Positions 12,922-24,959 of a stretch of 64,000 nucleotides of DNA are shown here, in pieces. The DNA is from Podarcis filfolensis (lineage: Eukaryota), in the NCBI GenBank assembly GCA_964270895.1, contig OZ185444.1. One strand, written 5' to 3'. A program made the translations under genes and the position numbers. The notes below the pieces were generated by a model. It made no database searches and was not told the origin of the DNA. It was given only the letters and a program-made list of their open reading frames with translations. Each line of letters begins with the position of its first letter. The first letter of the stretch is position 1.

Positions 12922-13266
12922 CGGGTGGCGCTGTGGGTTAAACCACAGAGCCTAGGACTTGCTGATCAGAAGGTCGGCGGTTCGAATCCCAGTGACAGGG
13001 TGATCTCCTGTTGCTTGGTCCCTGCTCCTGCCAACCTAGCAGTTCGAAAGCACGTCAAAGTGCAAGTAGATAAATAGGTACCGCTCCAGCGGGAAGGTAA
13101 ACAGTGTTTCCGTGCGCTGCTCTGGTTCGCCAGAAGCAGCTTAGTCATGCTGGCCACATGACCCGGAAGCTGTACGCCGGCTCCCTTGGCCAATTAAAGT
13201 GATATGAGCGCCGCAACCCCAGAGTCGGTCACGACTGGACCTAATGGTCAGGGGTCTCTTTACCTT
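12922..13266 (+). mobile_element. Full-length Sauria SINE
   Basis: tRNA-like head (GGTGGCGCTGTGG; GGTTCGAATCC), Bov-B-like tail ending TTTACCTTT, 12-bp TSD TAACCATGCTTA at 12910-12921 and 13267-13278. Confidence 0.92.
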
Positions 13267-13985
13267 TAACCATGCTTAAGATGTAGGAAACGTAAGATGA
13301 GGCACACTTTGGGTAAGTGTAATGTCTTGCTTCCACAATGGCCTGTAATGGGTTCCATACCTATCTGGAGAGCAATTTCTAGGCTTTGTCCTACAAACAT
13401 GATGGAAAGAAACATCTCAAAAATATTAGTCTGATATTGTGTGGCTTTGCATGCCTAATAGCAGATATTCTACTTCCGTCATAAGTTGATTGAGGTATGG
13501 AGTCATCAATACAGAGTCATGTATGATTAGAGCCAGATTCTTACATTTTAGTACTTTGGGGAAACAAAATGAATCCATGGAGATGTTCTCCAAGGTCTGA
13601 AACAGAGGATGAAATGTAAAGGATGAAATTTAATGAATGCACATGAGCTGGTTCCTTTGATTCCTAGATTATTGGGTAGATAAAACAACTGTGTTTGCCT
13701 ATGAAGGCTAAGGACTGGTTTATATGGAGGTTTATATTGAGGTGCCAAGACATGGATTGAACAGATTTGACTGTAGTTGACTTTTGCATTGGTCATATAA
13801 TAACATCATGTAGCTTATTTGCTTTCAACAGACATCTTCTGAGCAGTAAGGAGTGATTCTTTTGGAAACTTTGTAAATGACAGTGTGTTAAATGTTGGAT
13901 GGGTAGAAAAATGTAGCCCAGAGTATTATGGGAATCTGACATCTCAACAGTCACCTGACTGGCTCAAGGATGCTTGTATTAAGGG

Positions 13986-14097
13986 TGGAATTCAACTAAG
14001 CTATACTCAGAGTAGACCAATTGAAATTAATGAACATGACTAATTTAGGTCCATTAATTTCAATGTTCTACTCTGAATAAAGCATAATTGAATACCA
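13986..14097. repeat. AT-rich palindromic MITE-like element
   Basis: About 50-bp imperfect inverted arms (TGGAATTCAACTAAGCTATACTCAGAGTAGAC...). Half copies near 8622-8681, 11818-11895 and 58455-58575. Confidence 0.6.
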
Positions 14098-14666
14098 TAC
14101 AATGTGCCCATTTATCTCTCCTCTTATTTCTTGCCATATAGCTGTTGAAAACTGGAAATAACTGTTCTCTGAAAGTTTAGTGCACCTCAGCTCTGGGTAT
14201 ATATATCATGTAAGCAGCAGTCCATTCTCAGTTCACTTTATACACCTAAAGTAGGCTGTTGGCTATAAACATTTATCCCAATAAAATAGTTTCCAAGGTG
14301 CCCACACAGGATTATTCTGAAGGAGGCTTTGTGTCTGTGTCTTAAGTGACTGAGGGCTGTGGGCTGTGGAATACACAAACACATGAGTTCTGGACTCTTC
14401 ACTAGGTTTCTTTAAAAACATGAAATTGATTAGCTTCCGAGAAGCTTGACTGCTGCATTGTATGTTGTCGTAAATGACATTATGGTGAGGTAAAGTCACA
14501 TCATGAATGTTCTATGATTAAAAGATGATAATATTGTGGTCTTCTGCTTAATCATTGAATTTCTGATGTCACTTCAGAATTCTGTTGTAGAATTCAAAAT
14601 AGTTTAGATGTTACACGTATAGCAAGGTTTAAAGGGGCAACAGCTAACTGTTCCTACTTCCTGCAG

Positions 14667-14750
14667 TCCCAGCAACCTCTGGAGGACTTGGATGCCCAGC
14701 TGAGAAGAGCCTTGAGTCCAGAAAATGTTCCAACATCAGCTCCTGCCGGT
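14667..14750 (+). CDS. WNK1: WNK1 exon 21
   Basis: ctgcAG|TCC CAG (SQQPLEDLDAQLRRALSPENVPTSAPAG) to GGT|GTaagt; 84 nt. Confidence 0.93.
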
Positions 14751-15163
14751 GTAAGTTTTGCTGAACTAGTGACCGAAAAGTTCAACATGCCCATCTGCGT
14801 CTGCTTCTGTGTGATGGAAGCCTAGGGCAGAAGGGACATGTTTACCAAGGGCTTACAACTTGCAAGAGTCATTTCCAGGAGCTGGAGGGGTGAGCAGGAA
14901 GCAGTTGGTTTCATTTGGCCCACCACAAGCTCTGGAGTACAAGTATATATGTTGCTAACGAGGGAAGCAGGATTCTTTGCTTAGAGATTGGGAGAGGCAG
15001 TCGTCTCTTGCAGCTATGATGAGTGGAGGCACCAGGGACAAAATAGATTATTGGCTTAGAACAAAGGTGTCATTGGTTTATTGCCTGTTTCCATACTGTT
15101 GGTTTTGTAGTATTTTAATTGTGGTTGAACCTGATTCTTGTGTTCTTTTTTTAAATGGAAAAG

Positions 15164-15270
15164 CAGGAGTGGTCAATGTGTTACCCTCCAGATATTGTTG
15201 GCTACAACTTGCATCAACCCCGGCTGTTGGCCATGCTGGCTGGGTCTGGTGAGAGTTGCCCTCCAGATTT
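15164..15270. mobile_element. Degenerate short hAT-like MITE
   Basis: CCCTCCAGATATTGTTGG...GGCCATGCTGGCTGGG family core. Confidence 0.45.
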
Positions 15271-15450
15271 TACTCAAAGCAATCATGTTTACTACCCCTT
15301 CAGTATAAAAAGGCACCACATACCTTATTTTAGACTCCATTTATACATGTAGAGGTCTATGTATTCCTCCGTGTATGTGCAAGCCCCACATCATGCTATG
15401 TTCCTCATAATTACATACACCATTCTCTACTCTTTAGATATATAACTATA

Positions 15451-16199
15451 CCGTATTTTTCGCTCTATAGGACGCACTTTTCCCCCTTCAAAAATGAAGG
15501 GGAAATGTGTGTGCGTCCTATGGAGCGAAGACGCCATAGCCCCGCGACCCTCTCCCGGCTGGAGAGGTGACACACGGCTATGGCAGGAGCCTCCATAGCC
15601 GCGCGTCACCTCTCCAGCCAGGAGAGCATGCGCGGGGCTAAAGCAGCCACCCGCGACCCTCTCCCAGCTGGAGAGGTGACGCGCGGCTATGGCAGGAGCC
15701 TCTATAGCAGCGTGCCACCTCTCCAGCCGGGAGAGCGCGCGTGGGGCTAAAGAAGCCCGGCTTACTCTCTCCCGGCTGGAGAGGTGATGCGCGGCTATGG
15801 CAAGAGCCTCTATAGCTCTATAAAGAAGCCATAGCCCTGCGACCCTCTCCCAGCTGGAGAAGTGAGGCGTGACTATGGCAGCAGCCTCTCCACTGCACCT
15901 TTCCGCTGCTCCCTGACCTGTTCTTTGGGGCTGGTGGTGGGCTTCCCCCCGCCAGCCCCAAAGAGCAGGTCGAAAGGAACCTTCCAAGGTAGCCGCCTGA
16001 ACGCACCTTAAACGGCACCTTGTTTTAGAGCGGGAAAACAAGAGGGGGAAAATTCTCCCACTCTCTGCGCAGCGCCTCCTGCCACTTCGCTGAAGGGGCG
16101 CTGGGCAGAGAGCGGAAGAATTTTTTCCCCCTTGTTCTCCCCCCTCTAAAACAAGGTGCGTCCTATTGTCCGGTGCGTCCTATGGTGCAAAAAATACGG
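15451..16199. mobile_element. Non-autonomous Tc1/mariner-superfamily (pogo/Tc2-type TIR) element with an internal hairpin array
   Basis: TA|CCGTATTTTTCGCTCTATAGGACGCAC...GTGCGTCCTATGGTGCAAAAAATACGG|TA, TIRs 24/27 identical. Confidence 0.88.
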
Positions 16200-16504
16200 T
16201 ATTTCTGAGCTTCAAAAGTAATGAATGTTTTCTAAGAGAGGTTGTATGAGCTCAATAAGTTAAACAGGAAGGTTATTGGTGGGTTTTCTTTTTGGATCTG
16301 GTGCCACAACTTTTCTCCCTGACGTCTAGTTTTCTGTGTTGAAGTTTTTTGCATGTGGAATAGTATTCAGTCATGTGAACCTCCACCTGCAGCCCAGACA
16401 CAACCTTACCATCTCAGTGAGAACTAGCATTTCCTCCAACTGTGAAAATAGGCAATGGAGTTGTATGGAAAACTAATTGTGTTATATGAAATATAAGGCC
16501 TGTA

Positions 16505-16746
16505 CAGTGGAACCTTGGTTCTCGAACTTAATCCATTCAGGGGGTCCGTTTGACTCCCGAAACTGTTCGAAAACCAAGGCGCAGCTTCCAATTGGCTCCA
16601 GGAGCTTCCTGCACTCAAGTGGAAGCTGTGTCAAATGTTCAGCTTCTGAAAAACATTTGAAAACCAGAACACTTACTTCTGGGTTTTCGGTGTTTGGGAG
16701 CCAAAACGTACGAGTGCTAAGGTGTTCAAGAACCAAGGTTTGACTG
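16505..16746. mobile_element. Tigger-like MITE
   Basis: TA|CAGTGGAACCTTGGTTCTCGAAC...GTTCAAGAACCAAGGTTTGACTG|TA, 23-bp TIRs with 3 mismatches. Confidence 0.85.
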
Positions 16747-17056
16747 TATTAGCAACAGCAAAGCTGTTTTTTCAGGGTTTCCCCTCCCCAACTTGAAGAT
16801 GCTGTGGTGTGTACAGAATTATTTGAAACAGGATGGCCTTGCATATGCTAATACTGGATTTGGGAAGGCTGCTTAAGGAGAGGCCTTGACTTGCTACAGT
16901 GGATACTCGTCAGTGCTTTGCTTTGGTATCTGAAGCTTAAGAGAATTGATGTGATCCCGTGAATAACTACGGGCAAATTAGTGCCCTGAATTTTTTTAAA
17001 AAGAAAAGGAAATTAGAATATTCTGGTGAACTTTATTTTGTTTGTCTTTTTCATAG

Positions 17057-17126
17057 CCTCTGCCATCGGTGGCTTCTGCAATGGTTACTGGAATGGCATC
17101 TGCACCAGAACAGCCTACAAATACTG
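17057..17126 (+). CDS. WNK1: WNK1 exon 22
   Basis: catAG|CCT CTG (PLPSVASAMVTGMASAPEQPTNT) to G|GTaaga; 70 nt. Divergent sequence, but phases 0-1 fit the flanking exons. Confidence 0.8.
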
Positions 17127-18867
17127 GTAAGAACCTTTTGGAATGAACAATGTCTGAACAAGAACACTTGCTGCCTGCTGTTTGTTATACTAGAGGTTTG
17201 TTCATGAATCCTGTGCAAAAGGATTATAATCTCAAAAGTATTGGCTTTTGGAACTCTACCTCAACATAAATGAATAATAATTAAAAAACACCTAAGTGAT
17301 TATGTGGATAGTTTGACACGGGGTGAAAGTACGATTGCTCTTAAGCAGTGACTAAAATGATCTGTAAGGTTCATTCTTTTCCCAGTAGCTTTTATGGGTA
17401 GCACATTCCCTTTTGCTCTTTAACAATGATTTGATTGTAATGTGGTCACTCAGGCATTGTAAATATTCAGGCTGTGCACCAGATTTGGCTGAAGCCTGAA
17501 CTGAATTGGGCCAGTTAGGGAGGAGGGGAATCCCAAGTTGGGTAGAGGCAGCGCCAGACTGAGCCAGGTTGGGCTGCCTGGAACAGTCTGGGGCTGTTAG
17601 GGAGTGGGGCATTGGTTGGGATGCAGGAGAGGCAGGCAGTCTGTTTCTCCAGCAAACTCCCCACAGGGAATGTGCTGGGGAAGCTGACCCCTGAAGGATT
17701 GAATTCTCTGGTAAGCATCTAAAGCAGTATTCATTTTGCAAGTCTCTCTTGCTGTTGTAATTTTACCTGGTTTCTTCCAGCACAGCAGCAGCTCCTTCTG
17801 CTGAAACCGAACAGGGATTTGCGTTGCCATACAAGGCCCTATAAAGAAAGTGCCTACACCGGGTCTAGCTTCTGCTGCCTCCATCCACACTACTCATTGC
17901 TCCCATCATCAGCCTCAACAGGTTCCCTTCCTGCCTATCTTACCCTTTAAGCAAGCACCAAGCACATCCCATGGATGCTGCCGGGTCTTGGGAGTTCAGG
18001 CTTCTCCCACCTGTGCCATTCCTTGCTGCCACCCAGCTGTCCCTTGAGGCCTTTCAAGTGGAACACACTGCATCTTCCTTGCCAGCCTCTGCTTTTGCAG
18101 CACCTCTCAGATGGTGAGGGAAGTGAGCGCTGTGTCTCTTTCCCCACTCATGAACAGGAGGCTTCAGTCCCGCTGACTTTCGGGCCCTGCTCTGCCAGTG
18201 TGCTCCCTGTGGGAAAAGCTCTGGTGGAGCAGCTCCCAGCAGAATTAAATCCTGCCCTGGGATGAGGTAGGAGGAGATGCAGAGTTTGCTCCTTTCCTCT
18301 CCACTCCCCCAGTTGATTTGGGGCTAGATCTGGGCCTGGTGTTTCCCACATTAGCCCAGGTTTTTTGGGGGGGCATGCACAGCCTTAGGAAATAGGTCAT
18401 TGTTTTCCCATTGCAACTTTAGTTTTACACTAAAGTTATTTTCTCTTGTAAGAATTGCTTGCTCTTCTCTTCCAATAGGGCCTAATGAGTTAATATATTA
18501 GTAATTCCTTTAGGTTTCTCTTGGGTAGACAAGCAAAATTTCTGCGAGTAGAATCCTGTCATGTGCTGTCAAAGCCAATATGAAAATAATCAGTTTTTGT
18601 TAAGGAAATGTTCAAATGAGGTACCACATGCCTTTTTGTAGAAGGTGAATACTGCGTGTTCCCAAAACAAAGCCCCCACCTACCCCTGGTTAACTAGAAA
18701 AAAATAAGAAGACTTAACTGAAACTGTTAAAGCAGTTTTGTAACAGCTTCCTTTGATCTAATTAGAGGAACACATTTTTGATTGACTTTTCTCAGAGAAT
18801 TTTGTTCACAAACACAGTGGGCAAAAAATTGAATTGCAAATCCTCTTCCCACTTTTCCCCATTTCAG

Positions 18868-18941
18868 ATTCTCAGGATGCAGGAAGCTGTTCCACAACTA
18901 CCACCTCAGGAGTTGCAGTTCTTAAGATGGGTCGTTTTCAG
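18868..18941 (+). CDS. WNK1: WNK1 exon 23
   Basis: ttcAG|AT TCT (...SGVAVLKMGRFQ) to CAG|GTattt; 74 nt. Confidence 0.92.
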
Positions 18942-19520
18942 GTATTTTACAGCATTTTATTGTGTCTACCCTAGAAACTGTGTGACTTTTATGGTTCTTA
19001 TTTTATAGACAGGGAGCTGAGACTGGAACAATATTGTACAACTGTTACGGCTGCTCTGGCCCATCAGCATCTCAACAACACTCTTGCCCTTTAAGCATTA
19101 CTAGCATTCTTCAAAAGATGCCCATCTTGTCTCATTATCCATTTTCTGCTTTCATCTTGTGACTGTGGTATTTGGTGTCAGCACCAGTTTTTATCAGAAA
19201 ATGATCTAATGCAGTGGTTGGCTCCTTTTGGAGGGAGAACTGTTTAAAATTGTTCTGACTTTTTATGTAAAGCCTTGGCACAAACAACCCTTAGTTCCTG
19301 TGCCTTACTGTATCTGTAACTAAGCCTATACATGTGAAGCAGATCCACATATTTTTCTGTTTAACCCTGCTTCCACTTTCTTTTCCTTTTTGTTCTGCAT
19401 CCCCTGTGTCAAATTTCAGACAAAGCTGCTCAAGGCAGGAACCTATCCTCTTACACTATGCAAAGTGCCACTCTGTAAAGGTGCTCTGGCTATAATACTG
19501 TATGTCTCTATTGTCTCTAG

Positions 19521-20164
19521 GTGTCAGTAGCTGTGGATGAGCAGAAAGAGAGTGGAAGTAAGCCCAGGCACTTCGACACAAGCAGCTCAGATTCCTCATC
19601 TTTGTCTAGCAGCAGCAGCCCTGAGAGTACTCTGGTGAAGCCAACCTCCAGTGGGATAGCCGAAGCCATTGCTGTTACCTCTGCAGATGTGGCGGATGGA
19701 GTTTTTTCACACACTTCCACCGCCAATTTGCAGCCAACCAAGGTTGGGCGTTTCCAGGTGACGACGACAGCAACAGACCAAGTGGGCCGGTTTTCTGTGT
19801 CTAAAACTCAAGATGAGGTGACCTGTGTGGAGAGAGAGGTCCCTGCAATAGTCCCTCTGACTGTAAACTCTGAGCACGTTTCTTCTCCCATCAAAACTCC
19901 TAAACCAGGGCTTATCGCGAGAAGGCATTCTCTGCACCTGAATGGGCCATCGTCTGAGCTGGAAGCTGCCTTCCTGAGTGGTGCAGCTAAGGAGCAAGAT
20001 GATGGCTCAAGGAGTCCAGACTCTCTCCATCCACCTGGGTCAAAGATCAGTCTTCCAGTTCAGAGCCTTAGCAACTCTTTCAACTCTTCCTACATGAGCA
20101 GTGATAATGAGTCGGACATAGAAGATGAAGACTTGAAGTGTGAGCTGCGCCAATTGCGAGAGAA
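19521..20164 (+). CDS. WNK1: WNK1 exon 24 (RFQV 19749-19760, RFSV 19788-19799)
   Basis: ctAG|GTG TCA to GAG AA|GTaagt; 644 nt. Encodes SSSPESTLVK, PTKVGRFQV and SNSFNSSYMSSDNESDIEDEDLK. Confidence 0.97.
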
Positions 20165-21066
20165 GTAAGTCCTCTTGCCCCCCCCCCCGACTTTTTTAAG
20201 AGGACATAATGAGTAGAAGCAATACTTGATTGAAAGTTTTATCCCATGTAGGGGGACTAAAAACAGTTATCTGCAGTCAACACTTGCAGGGAATTTGTAT
20301 AGTGAGGTCTACAATATTTGTCCCCTGTTTTTCTAGTGGAATGAGTGCCTCCTTGCAATTAACATCTCCTTATTAATGGATAGGCAGCTGAGGATGTGAA
20401 AATAGGGGCTTCTCTGAGAGTTCACAGCAGAGGCAAGATTTTAACTGGAGATGTCTGGGACACTGTTCAGTCTTAGATGCTAAAAATGCATGAGCGGACT
20501 AGATGTCTAGCTCTTTGGTGTTTTATGAGTGGACTAAAGTACAGAGAGCTCTCATGCTTCTGGCTTTCTCGCTTTAGCTAATTGCAAATTCAGGTGATTC
20601 AGTGTTGAGAATTTCATTCCTCCTGTGCTGCAGATGTGTGTGTGGGATTGTTACATGTCACATGTCTGTTTACATTCCAGCACTGATTGTTGGAGTCTTG
20701 TGAGAGGAAATTGAGATACGCTGTTTCCGCTCTGTATAGCTTTTGCTTTTGCAGCTCTCTCTCCAAGGAAGAAAGACAGAGAGGAGCCATGTTTTCTTTG
20801 TTTTGTTACGATTGATTTAATTTGCAACAAATTAGGCTTAGATGTTACTCCTCAAGGCTGAGTTTCTGTTTTGAACTCTGCTTGTCGTGTGCTCATGTCC
20901 CTGAATATGGACCACATCAGTGTGACGGGAGACCGTTGGGGGGAGGCACCAGGCCTCGGCGTTCATAAAAGAATTAGAAAACAGTTCCAAAACTGCCTGG
21001 AAAGAACCTCTGGGCTTCCAGGATACTTGGGGCAGTTGAGCCAAGAGAGAAAAATGGATCTGAAGC

Positions 21067-21158
21067 CAGGGGTGGGGATCTTGTGACCTTCCAGATGTTC
21101 TTGTACTCCAGTTCCTATCATCCCTGTCAACTGGCCATGCTGGCCCGGGCTGATGAGC
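21067..21158. mobile_element. Partial short hAT-like MITE
   Basis: CCAGGGGTGGGGATCTTGTGACCTTCCAGATGTT left end plus family core. Confidence 0.45.
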
Positions 21159-21821
21159 TTAGTGTATTATCTATTTATTTCTTTAAAAAAAACCAGACTC
21201 GGGAGGTTGCAGTGATCAAAACATAATGAAGCACAAGAAAATAAATCAACACAATGAAGTAAAGTATCAACCATCTGTCCATATATTAATATATAGGCCA
21301 AACCTTAATGTTCTTGAAACACATGGTGGTCCAAGGTTCCCCATTTCTGATCCAAAGGAACCAGGCTCATCTAGTATCAGTGGACTCTAGGAGTAGGCAG
21401 TTGGCAGTGGGAGAAAATGAAGGGCAGGGGAAGAGAATTTAACTACCAATGGTCCATGTGTTTTACAGTAAATTTCCACTTTTCCCACTTTCCTCTCCTC
21501 CCCACCCCCTTTATATAGCTATAAAATCCTTAGTACAACAGGCGAATGCTGGGGTGGATTTTTTCTCTCCCCCTTTCCTCCTGAAACTACTTGCTTCTCC
21601 CCCTTCACTAGCCTGCCCTGAACTGCCCTGCACTGTTGCATGCTGTTTGGAGCACTCCTCTGAGAGGGTGGTAATCCACTGCCATACTGCGTGCAGCCGT
21701 AGTTGTATAGGATAATGCCTAGATAAATAGCTTCTAATCTGGGTTCACTTCTTGTCCATCCATTATTGGGATGATTTAGTGGTATAAAAAGTGACACATA
21801 TTTCCTTTCCTGTTCATTTAG

Positions 21822-22024
21822 GCACCTTAAAGAGATCCAAGAGCTTCAAAGTCGCCAAAAGATGGAGATTGAACTGCTTTACACGAAACTGGGCAAGGTA
21901 CCTCCAGCAGTAATCATCCCTCCTGCTGCTCCTCTGTCAGGCAGGCGAAGAAGACCCACTAAAGGAAAAGGCAGCAGATCCAGCCGCAGTAGCTCCCAGG
22001 GTAACAAGAGCCCTCAAATTTTGG
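21822..22024 (+). CDS. WNK1: WNK1 exon 25 (C-terminal coiled coil with HQ motif, basic stretch)
   Basis: ttAG|G CAC CTT (HLKEIQELQSRQKMEIELLYTKLGKVPPAVIIPPAAPLSGRRRRPTK...) to G|GTaaga; 203 nt. Confidence 0.97.
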
Positions 22025-22316
22025 GTAAGACACTTTAGAAATGGTCATGGGTTGGGTAAGTTGGCTTTATGTAGTGTCTTGTGACTTTTTGTTTAATACG
22101 GGCTGCTTAATATGGGCTCGACTGACTACCATGGGCTCTCCTGCTGCAAATTCTCATTCCAACTGCCACTGATCTTTATCCCACTTCCTTCAAGGAGCTC
22201 AGAGTAGTGCACATGATCGTTGCCTCTCTCTTCCTTTTGTAATGTAGATTCAGCTGAAAGCAGGTGGCTGGCTTTCTGTTTCTTAGTGAGCTGTATGTCT
22301 CACTGGCAACTTGAAC

Positions 22317-22942
22317 CAGGGGTGGGGATATTTTCGTGCTTGGCTGGCCAAATCCTTATTTCCCCACGCCTGGTGAGCCAAATTTGACAGGTGTGCGGGG
22401 TGCCTACCTCTCAATCACCTGACGTCACTATGATGCCATGTGACATTGCACTTTGAAGCCCTTCAAAGGACACTGCAGGGCTGTTGGAAAGTGTTTTCAA
22501 ACAGCCCAGTGCTGCTCTTTAAACCTGAGAAAACTGGAGGTTTAAGTAGCAGCTTGAGGCTCTTTGTAAAAGGGCTTTCCAACAGCCCTGCACTGTGCTT
22601 TGAAGCAGCATGCAGCAGGACTGAAGTCTCCACTCCTCAGCGGATGAGTGGAGACTCCCAATTCTGCTCTCTGCAGGGATCTCAGCAGGATTTAACTCCC
22701 CTCTCCATCAGCGGATGAACAGAAAGTTAAATTCTTCTGCAGTTCCCTGTGGAGAACTGGTTTGTGCAGCTAACACAGAAGGCAACCCCATGCCCCCAAC
22801 AATCATCTGGTGCCTCCCTGCCCATCACTGTGGCAACAGCTGATTGGCAGGTGGGTGTGATTTTGAAGAAATAGCCTGCCTGGACAAATTGGGGGCCCTG
22901 TTGGACCAAGATATGCCTGCAGGTCAGAGGTTCCCCACCCCC
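22317..22942. mobile_element. Non-autonomous hAT (Charlie-type) element
   Basis: CAGGGGTGGGGA...AGGTTCCCCACCCCC ends; no TSD recognised. Confidence 0.5.
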
Positions 22943-23429
22943 AGAAACCCAGGTCTCCTCAGCTCACGTTCAGCTGTCTTTATCCACAACACCACTCAAG
23001 TGTTACGCAAAATGTAAGCACCAAAGTTGTATTCCATAGCCTTTTCACTGTGCGTTTTAGACTTTAGATAAAAACTCAAGAAGTGCTGAGGGATTGTATT
23101 GGGCAAAGCAAGGCTTCCTGCAGCATATTTCTGTGGGGTATGTGCAGTGAAGACATGCAGTTAAGGTGTTTATTGTTTACTGCCTTGTAGATTTTAATTT
23201 TAAGATATGGAATGTAAATATAACTAATTAGTCCTCTGTTACCGTACCCAGTAGAAACAGGTGGATGCTGAGTCTTAATTTGTGTGTATTGCCCTTGTTG
23301 ACAGAGTATTCTTTCGATTGTTAGCCACAAGCAGCAGTGTAGCAGTCCTGTGAAAGCATTTCATTTTTTGGCCTGTGTTCATTTCTCCCATTAGCTGTTG
23401 CTGGTTTCAGCCTAGTTTAATAACTAAAG

Positions 23430-23916
23430 CAGGGGTAGGGAACCTCTGGCCCACAGGCCTAATCAGGCCTTGCATAGCCCCCCGTTTGGCCTACAAGGCC
23501 ATTTCCCTCCATGTCATGCTGACCTACCGCACACACAACATAATCAGATGTGATGTCAGGTGAGGGGCAGGTAGAGCCGTAAACTGCATTCCCAGTTGTG
23601 CATTGGCAAGGGAGATTTGCTGTCATGCATGGGAAGTTCTATTGGCTGATATATGGTAGTTTAAAGCCCTTTTTTCTGCAGGAATTGTCTCTGTTGTAGT
23701 GTAGTGCAGCTTATCCCTGCAAAAAGCAGGTTTGAAGTTGCTGCCTGTCAACTGATGAGTGGCAACTTCAAGCCCACTGGATTGTATTTGCTATCATGTT
23801 TCCTGGTAGCACAGCTGGTCTCTGCAGAAAGCAGGCACCCACTAGTTAAAGTGGGCCACTGGAGTTGGGGTAACCCACAACTAGGCCCCCCCAGCTGGAT
23901 CCAACTCCCTACCCCT
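23430..23916. mobile_element. Non-autonomous hAT (Charlie-type) element
   Basis: Perfect 12-bp TIR CAGGGGTAGGGA/TCCCTACCCCTG; flanks AACTAAAG/ATCTAGAG (6/8), resembling the NTCTAGAN Charlie target. Confidence 0.75.
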
Positions 23917-24051
23917 GATCTAGAGTTTCCTTTTATGTGCCAGCAGAGGTCATCCTTAAGAAGTGAAATATGAACACTGTGCATTTGGGATGGGAAAACT
24001 TAAGTACCCATCATGTTGCCAGTGTCCTGATTTGCTTCCCTCTCTCCCTAG

Positions 24052-24231
24052 GCAATCTGTCTGCTCAGAGTGCACCTTCGGTCTTGCCTCAACAGCAGAC
24101 CCTCCACCCTCCTGGCACTGTCCAAGAAACAGGACAGAACCATCTGTTACAGCCTCTGAAACCATCTCCTTCTAGTGAGAACCTCTACTCTGCCTTTACT
24201 AGTGATGGTGCCATTTCTGCGCCAGGCCAAG
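24052..24231 (+). CDS. WNK1: WNK1 exon 26
   Basis: ctAG|GC AAT (NLSAQSAPSVL...SENLYSAFTSDGAISAPGQ) to G|GTaaat; 180 nt, phase 1-1. Confidence 0.96.
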
Positions 24232-24769
24232 GTAAATGTTGTAGATTAGCAGCATGGAGAGAAACGTGACTGGGGGCTGAGGTGGGGGATTAAATATCCT
24301 GCTACATTTCAGATTATCTCCTTCATAGGATGAAGCTGTGAGGCCTGGGACACTTCGGCAAGTAAAATTAAGGATATGACAGTGAAGGTTGCCCTGTATG
24401 TTTTTGCACCTTCCACATCAAGGAGAGATGATGGAGGGGAAAAGCTTGAGGCAGATAGTGCAAAATGTCTCCCTGGATAAATTGGGAGCTTGTCAAATTT
24501 ACTTGCACAAGTTAGTTTATCATGGTCCCTGAGAGACCATATTTGAATTTGCAGTTTGCATGCATAACATACTCATTTCTGACACACACATTAATGGTGT
24601 GGGTGGAGTGGCAGTATGTTGCTTCAAGACAAGGAGGTGGGTATATCAATAAAAGAATAGAATATGCTACTGCTTCTTCTAAGTCACCTTCCTAATAAGA
24701 AGGGAGCTTCTGCTCATTCCTTTTTAACCATATGAGCCCTACTAACCTGTACCTCATGTGTCTTTCAAG

Positions 24770-24959
24770 TTGTGTAATGTATTATGTCAATGTGTGCATT
24801 GGCTGTTTTATATCACTTGTGGCATGCAACCCTGTTCCTGCTGGATTAACTATTGGAGGATAGCTCTGTTCCAGTTGAGGAAACAAACATGATTTTGAGA
24901 GTGGGGGTGGGGGGCAGAAGAGTCCTGGCTCCTTGTGTCTTGCAAATGCTCCTCTACCG
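24770..24959 (+). other. Candidate WNK1 poison (PTC-containing) exon between exons 26 and 26a
   Basis: TACTAAC at 24740-24746, first downstream AG at 24768-69, donor CCG|GTGAGG at 24960. The phase-1 reading gives V-V-stop (TAA 24775-77). Confidence 0.4.

Noticed and set aside
15427-16041. 204-aa minus-strand ORF with repeated peptide blocks
   Set aside because: It lies within the GC-rich repeat array of the MITE and has no transposase or other recognisable motifs.
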